A DNA stretch of 64,000 nt from the human T2T-CHM13v2.0 reference genome, Homo sapiens: NCBI RefSeq assembly GCF_009914755.1, contig NC_060929.1, one strand, 5' to 3'. Under the pieces are notes generated by a model. It saw only the letters and a list, made by a program, of their open reading frames with translations, did no database searches and had not been told where the DNA came from. Of the stretch, positions 12,751 to 27,490 are shown piece after piece. Numbering within the stretch: the stretch's first letter is position 1; each line of letters opens with the position of its first letter. The position numbers were made by a program, and so were the translations under genes.

Positions 12751-14817
12751 TTCTTTATACAATTCTCTGATTTAAGCAGCCATCAAAAAACTTCAAAAAT
12801 CTTTCTCCCCTCCTCTTTTCTCTTGTGGGATACACTTCAATTAGGCCTTACACCCAGGAGTAAGGGATAAAAGAACAAGTGATTAAACCATTTCTACGAT
12901 CTTAATTACCACTAATTTAATGAAACCCTTAGTGTGGCAGAATAAAATGGTTTCTGCAAGTCTGCTATATCAAAAGACCATTTGAGGAGTAGAGAGATTG
13001 TCCAGGTAAGCTGGCAGGAATTATAAGCATCTTTTGATTCCCATCCACATGTTGTTTCTCATTATAAAAAGATGACCTATGACTTATCTAGAAACATCTG
13101 GATACTTTGAGGGATCTTCCAAGAACTCTCTTAAGAAAAGATTTGAACATATAAAGTGCCTGATAAATAAATGCATAATTATGACTTTTCAAGTAGAGTT
13201 AAATGCCACTTTAGTCAAGTCTTTCAGCGTTCTCCAGGGTTTAAAAGCATCACTAAGCTGTTGCTTGACCTCATCTAGTTGTTCATCCTAGTAAGAAGAT
13301 GGGAAGCATTCATGCAGCCACCTTTCTAGAGGATGTTATTAGGAGGGGCACTTGACAATGAGCCCTTCCTAGAATCTCTGGTGGGTATAATACTGTGTAA
13401 TTGTGAGAGTTTCTGGAGTGCCCTCATGTCCTTGAACTCGTGTCTACTCCCCAAAGGGAGTGTGTTTGGTATAGTGTTTTTAGTTTCAAACAACGGGCAG
13501 AAAATCAGCTAATTCAAGCAAAATAAATAAATAAATGAAAAGCAATAGAAAAGTTAAAACCTTTGAGGGTTTTCATGATTATCTGATCAGAGTGTTGCCA
13601 TTAACACACCTTAAATCCACTTACTCCAAGCCAGGTTTCAAATACCTGGCAGAAAGAATCTGAGTGCCTAGGTGGGCTAGGTGTCACCCACACCTAGAAG
13701 AATTGGCCCCATGTGCGGCAGTTCTCAGAGAAGCAGGAAGATGAAGCTGGATTGGTGCCTCAAGAGGGTCCAGTACAGAAAACATGTGCCAACTACACAT
13801 CACTGAAGTACATGTGATCTCCATGAAAGTGCCAGAGATGAGGGCAGAGACTTAACTTCTACAAAAGGAAGATGTCCATTTTTTTGCCATTGTTGTTGTT
13901 GAATTTAATCAGACTAAAATGTTTTTATTTACTAAAGAAAAACTCAGTACGGCGCTTACACCTGCATTTTGATGGCCAGGCCATAGCAGATGTTTCATGG
14001 CCTCTGTATTTAATAGTTCATTTACATTGAACTGCTAGGAATATGGAAGCTGTATTAGATGTTCCTTAGGGACTGGGTGAAGTTAATGGTAGATGCTCTC
14101 TTGAAAGAGTCCCCTGGAACCTGTTTCTTATCTGGAGAAGTGAGTATAACAAATGTTCATCAATAGCAATAGGAACAGCTTCTTATTTACAAATTTGAGC
14201 CCTCTTATGAGTCCCTTTCGCCGTAACAGTATTAATAAAATAACTGGCCCATCTCTAAGCCTTGCAGGGTTTTCCAGTGAATGACCCTAGAACTGTCTCC
14301 AGCAACAATCTAGATGGACCTTGCCCTGGTTGGAGGGGTGGGGGCCGTGTCTGAATTCAACTTCTCATAGGAACTTGAATCCCCAAAATCACCAGGTGCT
14401 GAGAGGCTTGTATCTTCTATCACTGCCCCCAACTAACTGACTTATTTTGCTTGGCAGCTGAATGTAAAACATTCATTCCCCCAACCAAAGGTGCTTTCAC
14501 ACCTGACCTGTAAAAAGGAGGAGGAAGCAGTGCAAGGTCCCTTTCCTGGAGCACAGCTGTGTACCGGCCCAACCATGCCTTTCTGAAAGGTGTGGTGCAA
14601 CTGGTTACCCATGAACCAGCTCACCGCTTGGCTCCACATTCTCATCCTCAGCAAACTTGTGTTAACTCTGGATTCTTTGCCCAACACATACTTATGCCTG
14701 AAGTCACATTTAGAAAGGTTACAGAAATCAAGAGACTAGAGGTAGAATTAAATGAGATTTGCCTGCATTTTTGTTTTTGTTCTCAGAGAGGAGTACAAGT
14801 AATAATTGTTAAAGGGC

Positions 14818-14915
14818 CAAGGTCTCCCTGTGTTGCCCAGGCTCGTCTCAAACCATCCCATGGCCTTGGCCTCCTCAAGTGCTGGGATTACAAGTGTGAG
14901 CCACTGTGCCTAGTC
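14818..14915 (-). mobile_element. Alu monomer fragment (FLAM/AluJ-like)
   Basis: tgttgcccaggctcgtctcaaac..aagtgctgggattacaagtgtgagccactgtgcc. Confidence 0.75.
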
Positions 14916-15173
14916 CTAACATTCTTAAGAGGCAAAAAGGTGGTGTTTGGCAGAAGACTTACATGATGTGTTTTCGAGGGAGTTTAATTGTTGCTCTTAG
15001 GTTACGTGTATGCAGGGGATTGAACATCTTTATGAATAAGAGTGTTCCTTTCTTTCCATTTCACATATATTTGCTTCCAGTAAGCCCGGAGTACAAAGAC
15101 AAGAGATCAATAGAATATTGATTCAAGGTTCTGTGTGGATTCAGGGCAAAGGTCTTGCAAGTATGATTCTCCG

Positions 15174-15369
15174 TTTTTTTTTTTTTTTTTTTTTTTTCTT
15201 GTTGTTGTTATTGTTGCTCTTTGAGACAGGGCCTTTCTCTGTCACCCAGGCTGGAGTGCAGTGGTGCAATCATTGTAACCTCAAACTCCTGGGCTCAAGC
15301 AATCCTCCTGCCTGAGCCTCTGGAGTAGCTAAGACTACAGGCATGTGCCACCACGCCCAGCTAATTTTT

Positions 15370-15400
<31 letters not shown>

Positions 15401-15519
15401 GTAGAAATTAGGTCTTGCTATGTTACTCAGGTTAGTCCTGAACTCATGGCCTCAAGTAATTCTCCTGCTTTGGCCTTCCATAGTGTTGGGATTACAGGTG
15501 GCAGCCGTTGCACCTGGCC
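15174..15519 (-). mobile_element. AluJ
   Basis: Dimeric Alu with J-type ctcaaactcctgggctcaagcaatcctcctgcct; expanded A-rich linker and tail. Confidence 0.9.
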
Positions 15520-15867
15520 ACAAGTATGATTATCTCATTGTCATTTCTCTGCAGAGAATGTTTTCTCCTCTTTTCCTACTATGCAATCCAAGTCTCCAAA
15601 TCCCTACTTTGATTTAACTTCCACTTTTCAGTTACGACACTTCTTTACCATCTACCTGAACACCACTGAAGAGAGAGTAAAAACATAATAATTAGCCACT
15701 TAGGATGCAAATTTGTTACTTTGATGGCTGCTCAGCATTTAAACTCTTTTGCTATATGAGGACTCTGTCATTGTGTGAATCTTGGTGGAGGATAAGGGCT
15801 TTCTTCTCTACAAAAATAGGACCAAATAACTTGCACTACTTATCCCTTGACAGCTAGGGCACTATCA

Positions 15868-16652
<785 letters not shown>

Positions 16653-16654
16653 AC

Positions 16655-16953
16655 TCCATCTTGGAAATTTGAATCTGCAGCCCTTGATGCAGAGAAACAG
16701 AGATGATGCAGAATTTATTTCATCCACAGTGGTACCACATTTGGGGACAAGTGTGGAATCCAAGTGACAAGATCCAGTGTTCAATACCTTGGCTGAGGTT
16801 TCAGCTACCCAGTTTTCTTATGTTCTGATTTTCTTCCCTGGTTTGCTGGCCTTCTGGGTTATTTTATAACTGACAGCCTTCCAATAAACTTATTTCCTGC
16901 TTAATTTTACTGGGCCAGTATCTGTTATTTGCAGATAAGAGCCCTGTCTGAGT
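16655..16953 (+). mobile_element. ERVL LTR 3' part (LTR33/LTR16-like)
   Basis: ccaataaacttatttcctgcttaa..gccagtatctgttatttgca resembles ERVL LTR 3' termini. Confidence 0.4.
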
Positions 16954-18570
16954 CAGCCCTTATATTTCATGGGAAATACAGGATTGAGAAAAGCAGAGTG
17001 AAACTGGGCAATCGTGGAGAAAGTAGGGACATTAGTCCATGAGTCCACAGTTCTGGGGACAGGGTGTAGAGGATAATTTCTCTATACTATAGGCAGAATT
17101 TTCATTTTATGCCTCAGAGAACTTTCAACGGTTGCTATGTTCACACAAAGCATGTAAGTAATGAGGTAGGTGAGTAGGTTCCAATTCAAAAGGAGTGATC
17201 AAAGTTTTATTTTTTATTTATTTTTTAACCAGTAAACTATGGTCACCAAGAATCTGCAAACTAATAAATTGTGCCTCACTGAGACTTCTATTCATTAATT
17301 TTTGATACTTAGACCGCTTTCTGATATGCTAAGAACTCCTAATGAGGAAACGTAGAATAAATCATCAGGTAGGAAAAATATTTCAATGGAGAAACATAAC
17401 CCTCATATAATATGCTTCTTTACCATGTCATTCATTAACCTGGATTCAGTAATTAACAGGATTACATAAAAAACATTTAAATGTCCAAAGCCATATTTAA
17501 CTACTATAAAATCATTCATGTACAGATTTTCTTACTGAGTTGTCAAGAGAAGTATAAACATTTTTTACTAGTTGTTTTTTGTCTGGCTCTTGAATATTCT
17601 TCAGGCTTTCATGAGCCTCAAAGTGTACATAACTGAGTGGTGTAATAAATGCCAGATTCTCCAGGATTGTATGTGAAGTGAATGTAGATATGTTTGCCAT
17701 TATTGTCCTAAACCAGAAAATCGGGGAAAAGTATAAAGTTGGTATCTTTGTGGCACGTAATCTCAGATAGATGTATTTTATTTTAAGATAGATGAGAATT
17801 GAACTTCTTCACTCAAAAAATAAACTAATTTACTTAGCCTTAATTTTATATTTAACACAAGGCATTTGTTTCTGGAAATTGGATCACACTGTTGTATATG
17901 TAGGACTTTCATTGACTAGTATATACGCTTTAAGTTTATTATCTTTTGCCTTTACACAAAACCCTTGGCAGACTATTCTTAATGCATGTATTTAGGAGAT
18001 AGCTGAGTCTGTTTCTTGTCAGTTCTAAATTTAAATGATTTACTTTTCTTGATGGTTGAAAATGCTTGAAGTCAGGGCAATGGAGGTAAATACAGTCCAT
18101 TTGTGCTTCTTCAAAGCATTAAGAATTTACATAATAGATGAAAGTTTACTAAATACTGTGCACATTCTGGGTTTCCAAAGGCAAATAAGAATTGACCACC
18201 CTTTAATACTTTTAATTCCTATGAAACGTCTAGTGTGAGAAAGTAGGAGAGCGGGAGGAAAAAAGGGAGACAAAGATACAGATTCAGAGAGAAAATGACA
18301 AAGACTTTTCATTTTTCACGGGAATGAAACAAAGAGAAAATAAGCATTAAAACAAGGTGTAATAAGGGTCTGATGGTCTGAAAGTATCAAGCATAAATTT
18401 AAAAAGTATGTCATGAAATTCAAATGTATATACTTGGTATTTACCTTATCACATTTTTTTAACCATAAAAATATAGATTTTAAAAAATAAAAGGAAAGAA
18501 AACTCACTGTTATTCCCACCTCCTAGAGAAAATTATTATGTTGGTATTTTTTATAATTCTTTTCTTATAA

Positions 18571-18937
<367 letters not shown>

Positions 18938-21900
18938 TGTAACATGATTTCATCACTAAATATATTGTGTCTATCCTTTCATGTTGAAAGTTTTACTTCA
19001 ATATACATTTAATAGCCATGTAAATATTCCATTTTGTATAATAAAAAAATTATTTCAAAATGTTCTATAAATCAATCTCCTACAACTTCCATTATTAAAA
19101 TGGAACTATAGCCCTACTGCACCCTGAATGAGTGAAAAATTGGAAGACTGTAAAATAGATGGCCACATGCCCTTCAGGCTCTCGCATCCAGGAGTGCTTT
19201 GCTCAGTCTGAATGTTCTGTGGTATGCCCACAGCCTCATCGAACTTTTCAAAGCTCCTGTCTATTACTTTATCACTTACCAGATCCTAATTTCTTTTCTC
19301 AGCCTGGGGAGCATCAGTTTCTATACTGAGAGCATTGAAATTATCGTTGCACTTCTCCAGTTTGCCCAGTGTCCTGCAGTGTTTAATAGAATTAGATTTA
19401 AATATGATACTTCAGCAGATGATTCCCACATCTAATGCACCTCATTCTAATGTACTTCATCTGAAGATTCATGGTAGGAGGAGGGAGTTATTTAAAATGA
19501 AATATGCTCTACCACACTAAAAATTTATGAAACATAAATGGTAAGCTTTTTAAAGGTGTAATTTCAGGTTACAGGTAGGTTGGAGTGGAGATATATTTCC
19601 AAATCACATTGAAATAATGAGAAGTAAGAAGCAAACCCTTCTGCCTATATATACTTACCCTGAACAAAAGATCTGTTCGTGTAGATCTAAATAGAAACTT
19701 AGGATACCATGCCCATTTAAGTACATGTGATATAAATTAATCTTAACAAGACATCAATGTGATTTGTGCCATGTTGTCCTTTTAAATATATCACTTCCCA
19801 AGTGGAAACAATTTAAGTGTCCAATAACAGGGGACAGGTTAAATACATTTTATTGTATTCTATGGTGGGATATTCCCCAATTATTTAAAAATCGTATAAT
19901 AGCAAAAATCTGTAACTTGTGAAAAGACATTCACAAAAGGGGGAGAAAAGAAGGCTACAAAATAGCATGAACTATTCTATCCCATAAAAAATATTTTTAT
20001 CTGTACATGGACATCTTTATATGATCCATTATAGTGGTTATTTTGGACTGGTAAGATTACTGGAAGCCTTTTTTTTTTCTTTGTGTATTTGCATTTTCTG
20101 AATTTTCTACAATTTAGTTTTGTAAGGGAAAAAATTTAAATTACTTTCAGGTATGAGACTAATGGTGTCATGGAAGTTTGTCTTCCATGTGATTCTGTAG
20201 GGGGCTTATTGAACCATCTCTCAAGCACAGGGCTTGTAATTCAAAGGAAAATAAGAAGCTTCTCCTGCTTAGTGACTCATACTGTGCTAGGATGATCACA
20301 GTTAGGAGCTGCTACATGAGTGTGTTGCCTTGGATCACAGCAAGTAAAAACACGGAGGGCAGAATAGGGGCAAATAATAAGCAATGAAAGGCCTAGAAGT
20401 AATTTTCTTTCTATTTTTTTCTCCTTATCTTATTTCAAGTTGATGTGGATATTTCCCTTGGCATAGTGTAGACAATGGACGAGTTGGTTTTGCCGGTATT
20501 CATAGGAAACAAGGTTGATCTAAGAATTACATAAAGAAAAGAGTAACAAGTACATGTTCCATGAATGTTTCCTAGCGAAGTAACCACTGTTATAATCACA
20601 GAATGTCTCCTGTAACTCTTCAAAAAGCCCAAAATGAGCCCTGGCGTAATTTCTAGGAAGGTAAATTCCTGGATACATTTCACAAATGTAGAACTTCCAG
20701 CTACAATGGGATTTCCAAGATCATGGCTGGAAAAAACCAAATGTGTCTTCATTCTTTAAGAGTTCTTTGTCTATGTTTAAGCAACTGCTGAGGACCAGTG
20801 AAGAACAACTTGTACTGCCAATACAGGACAGTCATTGGTGTTCACAGCTGGGAAGGCTTTTGAAGGTCTTCTAACCCAAACCTGAGGGAGATGACACTTG
20901 CCCCTAAGTTCTGTATCTCCCGTAAGGATTGCAGCTCCCTCCCACTACTTTCCCATCATGTAAATGGAAAAGGAGAACTGCACAGTTGCTTAGGCTGAAG
21001 TTTTATCCCTCACTCCTATTTTCTCATAATGCCTTTTGGCATTTGTGCTATAACTGCGACTATAGCGACTTCAGTGAAATGAAGATGTGGTAGTAGGAAT
21101 TGCAACATGAGCTTTGACTAGACTATGTGGACAAGAATACGAAATAGCATGGACTCAGTGATATTTGTCCCCTTTAAAATAAAACATAACAATTGAGAGC
21201 TTAGTTTTAAAACTCAACATGTTTATTTTCTGAAACCCGCTTTATCTAGACTTCCATGACTAATTAAAAGATGACAAATTTGGATGGAGCAGAAAAGGTC
21301 CCTATGGAATAGATTAGGGAGTGTTAATATACTTAAGTAGAAAGAAAACTTCTGTAGAATTAGTGATACATGACTCAGATAACTGTCAGGTTCTGTAAAG
21401 TTTGCTGCTCACACATAACAACATAGCTCACCCGTACCTTCAATGCACTTATTTCCTTCTAACTCCATTGGGTGTGATACTAAGACTGTCCAAGATCATC
21501 TATCATTTTGTTGGACTTCTTCACAGCCCCTCTGTTTCCTGGCTGAGTTATTTATGTAACATTATTCCACATGGGAAAGCCCAGCTGTTAAAGTTTTAGA
21601 ATCAGGAATAAGAACACATTTTTATTAGATCCTTCATCTTGTCTACAGTGGGTTTTCTTGGTTTAAATAATGATAGCAGCATACTAGCTCCTCGTTATAA
21701 CTCACTCCCCTGTATGTGCTTTTGGAGAGGAAAATGGCCTTTTCCTTCTTTTGGGGTTCCAGAAGGGGGGCTTATATCAAACTAAATATGAAATCAATGT
21801 GTGGGATTGTATAATCACCTGTTGAGTTTGAACTCATCCACCTGGGGTGGGCACTGCAGAGGTAAAAATGATAGAACTGTTATAGATTGGTGGTAGCATG

Positions 21901-22084
21901 AGAGGTATATGAGAAAGGAAAAGGGGGAGTTAACAAGATTAGAAAATTTTAAGCATAGAAGGAAAGTGGCACTGTTAAAAAACAAAATAGGGTGACCCAG
22001 AAGGAGAAGCAGGTTTTGAAGAATTCTGTTTGGGATATATTGAGTTGCTGGCAGGAAATCCAGGTTGAAGGGTCTTAGAGAGCA

Positions 22085-22540
22085 TGATGACTTTGTAATG
22101 TGTCAACTTGGTTAGGCTGCTCATTTCCTAGGACTGCCTTCCTTGTAAACTTCTGGTTAGTGTGGACCACAGGAGGGAGTCTTGGGTGAAATTTGTTCAA
22201 CAGAGGTAAAGCAGTAGTAATTTTGTAGCTCAACTGTGATGTCACAGATGTGCAGATTAACGTTGTTACTGTGAGGCAGCAGGTGGGCCTATAACTACTC
22301 TATCTTCCCCTGGATTATCCTTCAGCCTCTCTGACTTCTTGGCCACATATAGCTTCAAGAAGGGCACTGGCTTCTTTCTGCAAGACATCCACAGTACCAA
22401 GGTCAATGACAAGAACTGACACAGCTTCTACCCTTCCCTTCCCTTCCCTGTGGATTTCAGGTCCAACATTAGAAACAAAGACAATAGTCTTACAGAGACT
22501 ACTCTATTAGCTCCTTTAATTATGTAAGGTCAAATCCTTT
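22085..22540 (+). mobile_element. MLT2-family ERVL LTR
   Basis: Start tgatgactttgtaatgtgtcaacttggttaggct; near the end attatgtaaggtcaaatcc. Confidence 0.55.
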
Positions 22541-22549
22541 GGATGAGTT

Positions 22550-23005
22550 GGCCAGCCTTCTCTATGGCTCAAAGCCCTGCATGATTTGGCTTATTTTTTC
22601 TTTCCAACTTACTCCATTCTTTGCCTCACTCAGTATTAGTAACATTAAATAGCATTCTTCATGCTAGTTTTCTATGAATTTCTCCACCCCTTCAAGTCCC
22701 AAGCTCTTTCCTGTCTCTGCCACTTTGTTCATGCTCTTCATCTGCAGTAGATCTTAGCCTAACCATCAACTTCATGGACTGGCATTCCCTTACCACGCCA
22801 TCTAAACCGTCCTTCAGGTGTTACCTTCAGGGTTCTAGAGGTTGTGTATGCTTATCTAATTAGCTATTTGGTTAGTTGATCTTTACTAGACTCTAGGTTC
22901 CATGACAGCAACAGCTGTATTTGTCTTATTCCACATTGTATATCCTGTCCTAGCACTGTCTGGCACACAGCCTGTTCTCAAAGGATTCATGTAGGGATGA
23001 AATGG
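22550..23005 (+). mobile_element. L2 3' fragment
   Basis: aaagccctgcatgatttggc..actagactctaggttccatgacagc..cctagcactgtctggcacac. Confidence 0.65.
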
Positions 23006-26000
23006 GAGATATGGAGGACTCTACTTTGTGGGTTTGGAATGATAGAGGGATTAATTTTCTATTCTTTGGCGGTGGGGAGGGAGGCAAGGATTATCCTGCA
23101 TTCTAGCCCAATTTCTGTTCTTCTTGGCAGGTCAAACTAAGTGCCTAGGGATTCGCTAAGTTGTCTACATCGAATTTGTTACATGTTAAAAGAGTCAATA
23201 AAGCTTCTTTGAAGATGCTGGTCATCTTCAGAAACACTTTTTAAAAAGCAAGCAAACTATTTCTATCAAATAAAATCAAGATAAATATGATCTTCTATTC
23301 TTTCAGAATCCAAAAGAATGTTGTATTCTATTCTCTGTAACTTAATTTCCAAGGTCAAATCTTTTGGTATTATCCTGAGCCTCCAGATCCCTTTTAACAC
23401 TTCATTACTGCAAAGATTCTTTGATGCTGGCCTTCTTGAAATCCCTCATGTCTATTTTCTTACTTCTTTTTATTTTTTTTCCAGTATTTAGCCTAGCTAT
23501 AGAAATAAAAAAAGTTGAGGTGGCTGATAAATTACAGGTTTTAGCACTTTGGGAACAAATGCTACATCCCTACACATTTGCTTTTAGGCTACTTCCCTTG
23601 TCAAAGCTCAAACAGTAGTGTCTGGGTATCACGCAGTTTCTGAATGAGTGTTCTCATCCTCCACAAAGTGTGTGTGAAGTAACTTACCCTTGTTTCCAAT
23701 ATTTATGTTTTCTCCCTTGCCCTTGCCCTCCCTTCCACCCCTAGATGAATCTGTTATCAGTAAGGACATTAATGTAAACCCTCTGAATTAAAAACAGATC
23801 TTGCTTTCCTGGTTATATTAAATTTGGTGGTCTTAAGCAAAGCCATTTTGAATTCTTTTGACTTATTAATATAAATTGGAAATTTAGTGATTTTCCTATA
23901 ATGTCTTTTATCAACTGGTGGTTTAATGGGGCAGTGGGGTACGTTTACAATATTTACTGAAGGAAACAACTAAGATACTGCCTTTCAATTTATATCTGAA
24001 GTATTTTCTTAGATCTAAATCTAACTAAAAATACAATTGCTACAATTCATTTGGTTAGGTAAATTCCTTCTAGTTACAGGTCTGACAAAGGTTGGTCTGT
24101 GTTTATTCAGTTTTGGGAAGCTAACAGCAGGAAGACCACATTCCTCAAAGCAAGACAAAAGCCTTTTCATATTTCTCAGTAAATACTAATAATAGTATAA
24201 ATTGGCTGAATAATCTGACTGATGGACTATGCTCACAAACAGATTTTAGACAGAAAATAATAGTTACTTGCCAGAATGTTTGGGCATCTGAAGGCTCCCA
24301 GTTGAGGACAAGGTTGAAAATAACTCAGTAATTGATAACTGTCACTTTCACTCAGAATCGGATTTCCACCATCTCTGGGAAAATTAAAGACTTCACACCC
24401 AAAGCAAACTGCTGGAGTCATTTAAGGCTCTTCAAAGCATACTCAATGATAACAGCAATATAGTAGATCCAATAGCTAGTAGGATGCAAAACAACAATAA
24501 AAATAATACCCCAAAACGAATCCTGGCCATCCATGAATGCAAATGCAGGTAGGAAAAAAAAAAATAGAACATTTCTCTATTCTCATCCTACTAGAAAGGT
24601 GGAAATTTCCATTTTCTAACCTCTAAAAACTGCTTTCACATATCTGACAATAAGACAAAAGTAGGAGGCTCTTGAGAGTTCATCTTGACTTTTATTACAC
24701 ACTAGACATATATGAACTAATCAGAGATGTGCATGATTCTCTGTACTCTTAAAATCACAGGAAATATAATTCCACCTCCCCCTTTTTTTCTGATATTGGA
24801 GTAGCATTTCAGATTTTGGAGATTAGCTTAGGGCAAAGTAAAAGTCATGGAAGGCAGTGTATAAATAACATTAATTATGAAGCTACTTTTCAGAAGCTAG
24901 TAGTAACTTGCTTAGTAATAACCACAAGGTTGTACAGCGTTCACAATGCTGGTATTAATCAGCTACATATTTTGAACATCTACTGTTACTGGATACCAAA
25001 GAAAGTGAGTTATTTAAGAATCTTCCATTCTTGTTATAAGCTTCCTATGATCCAGTAACTTCTCAAAGGCTTTGCAAAAAGCGTAAGTCCTTGCTTTTTG
25101 AGAATTTTTTTTTGTGCACCCAGGAAATGTAAATGCAACCATCACTGCTTCTTGTGCAGGTGTGTGCTTTAACAATCAGGGCTGCTTTTGGTATCAAGAG
25201 TATGAGCTATTAAGAGTTTCTAAAAATACTGACCTAACTAGTCAGTTGCCTCCACCTTATATACTATTCAGGCAAGTCTTCGGAAAGTATACTACTGTAT
25301 TCCTAGTCCAAAATAAGGTAGGCATGAATATATTCAACCTTCTTTGCACATACACCAAGGAAGAATTTAAATTTCTGCCCTTGGGTAGTTTTGTGTTAGG
25401 CAGGAGGAAAAACATATTCAATTTTGAGGTAGGTAATCAACAGGAATGAGAAAAATACAAGACAGTCTAAGATCTAACCTTTGCCTACCTTTCTAGGCTT
25501 ATGTCTTAATACTCCCGAAGTGGCACAAGCTAGGTTATTTCTAGTTCTTAACAGACTACTGTGCTTTTGCACAATGCTCTCAAGTTCAGCTTAAGCAGTG
25601 CTCCTCTGGAAGTTCACACCCTAACTGAACTGTCACTCTTCTTTATTTTCTTCTAGAATCCTGGGATTATCTGAATAATAAATGCCATCACATTGTACTT
25701 TTAATACATACTTCATCTCTTTCACCTAGTGCACTATGAATTACTACGAGGAAGAATCTGTGTGCCTATCTTCCTGTCTTCAGTGATGATATACTGAAAG
25801 AATGGTGTAGGAGTAGAAATATTCTATTTACCAGTGCTAACTCTTTTTCACAAAACCAGGCAGAGATCTGCTCATTTTTACTCTGTAAACTTGGAAAAGT
25901 TAATTTATTCAATCTCTATTTTGTCCTAACTAGACTGATCATCTTATTACTAAGATGAAGGAATCTATTGCAAGTTACACGTTACTATCATCCCCTGGTA

Positions 26001-26374
26001 TGAAAGAGCGATTTTGAACCTGAACATATAAAAGCATTCAAGATAGTGTCTGGCACAGTAGAACAGGGATTAACAAGACACTGGACTTGATCCTCAAATT
26101 ATTTAAGCCACAGAAGGGATTCAGACTCTGGCCTTTTGATTGACCACCTTTTAAGATTGCTTGAAAAGACAACGCCCTTCCTATTAGCACAGCTGAAACC
26201 AATCCAGAACTAAACATCAGCACACAAAAAATACCAGGATAGATGGAATCAAAAGACTCTGAAGCCAAAAGGAGGCTAGGGAGAGCAACTGAACTTAGCA
26301 AGCTGAGGACTTCAGTGTCCATCATCCGATCCTGCCCTGTAACAACAGGTCTATATGATAGAGATATTCCATCT

Positions 26375-26675
26375 GAGCTGGAGGCCATTATCCTTAGCAA
26401 ACTAACACAGAACAGAAAACCAAATACATGTTCTCATTTAGAAGTAGGAGCTAAATGATGAGAACTCAAGGACACAAAGAAAGGAACAACAGACACTGGG
26501 GCCTACTTGAGGGTGGAGGGTGGGAGGAGGGAGAAGAGCAGGGAAAATAACTACTGGGTACTAGGCTTAGCACCTGGGTGACAAAATAATCTGTACAACA
26601 AAACCACTTGACATGAGTTTACCTATATAACAACCTGCACATGTACCCCTGAACCTAAAAGTTAAAAAAATAAAA
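26375..26675 (+). mobile_element. L1PA15/16-like 3' end, antisense within the TMEM167A 3' UTR
   Basis: gagctggaggccattatccttagcaaactaac..aacctgcacatgtacccctgaacctaaaa; degenerate TSD gatattccatctga / gatagtctatctga. Confidence 0.85.
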
Positions 26676-27380
26676 GGGATAGTCTATCTGATGCTTAAAT
26701 TGATCTTTAATAACCTTCTGCATCCCACCACCCCACCAAAACCACAAGAGAAATATCTCAATATTCTGTGGGCTTAAAACCACCTACACTGCCCCTTGGG
26801 TTAGAGAACAGGATTCAGTGGTCCTCTTTGAAAAATATACATTAAAGAAAATGTTAATTGCTTTTATTCATACTGTGTCTCTCCCTGACTTCTCCAAAAG
26901 CTTGTGTTTCAAAAGGTCAGAATGGTTGTTGTTACAAATATGCTGCCTCCCACTCTGTTTAGCATCTATACAAAGCAAAACGTTTTGTATGTTTCCACAA
27001 ATTTTCCCCCAAAATTATCTCTTCCTTTACTTTCCACCTACCTCCTCTGAGATGCCAAATTAAGAAATGTCTTAGAATATCTAGAATATTCTTCCTCTTT
27101 TCATATTCGATTTGTCTTAGCATATAAAAAATTAGTTGACATGGCTTTCGGAAAGTCCAGTTGGCAGCAGAGCTGGACAACAGATGGCCACCCAGAAATT
27201 AGAGCCAGAAAGGTGACTTACTCAGCATGCATACACTGACAAGAATCCTATTTTTGAGAAACCCTAAAAATCCTTGACCTGATGTAAAGCCCAAGAGGCA
27301 GTTTAGAGGAAGAACAATGATTATAACCTGATTCCCTATCTAAAGCAAAATATACCACTTTTAACTGCCATAGACATGCC

Positions 27381-27490
27381 AAAAATATAAAACCAAAACC
27401 AAACCAAAACAAACAAACAAAAAATCCCCAGATAACAAAATACAGAAAATCAAACCAAAACCAAAAAACACCCCCAAACAAAAAACCACC
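27381..27490. repeat. A/C-rich low-complexity (AAAC/AAACC)n tract
   Basis: aaaccaaaaccaaaccaaaacaaacaaacaaaaaa. Confidence 0.7.
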
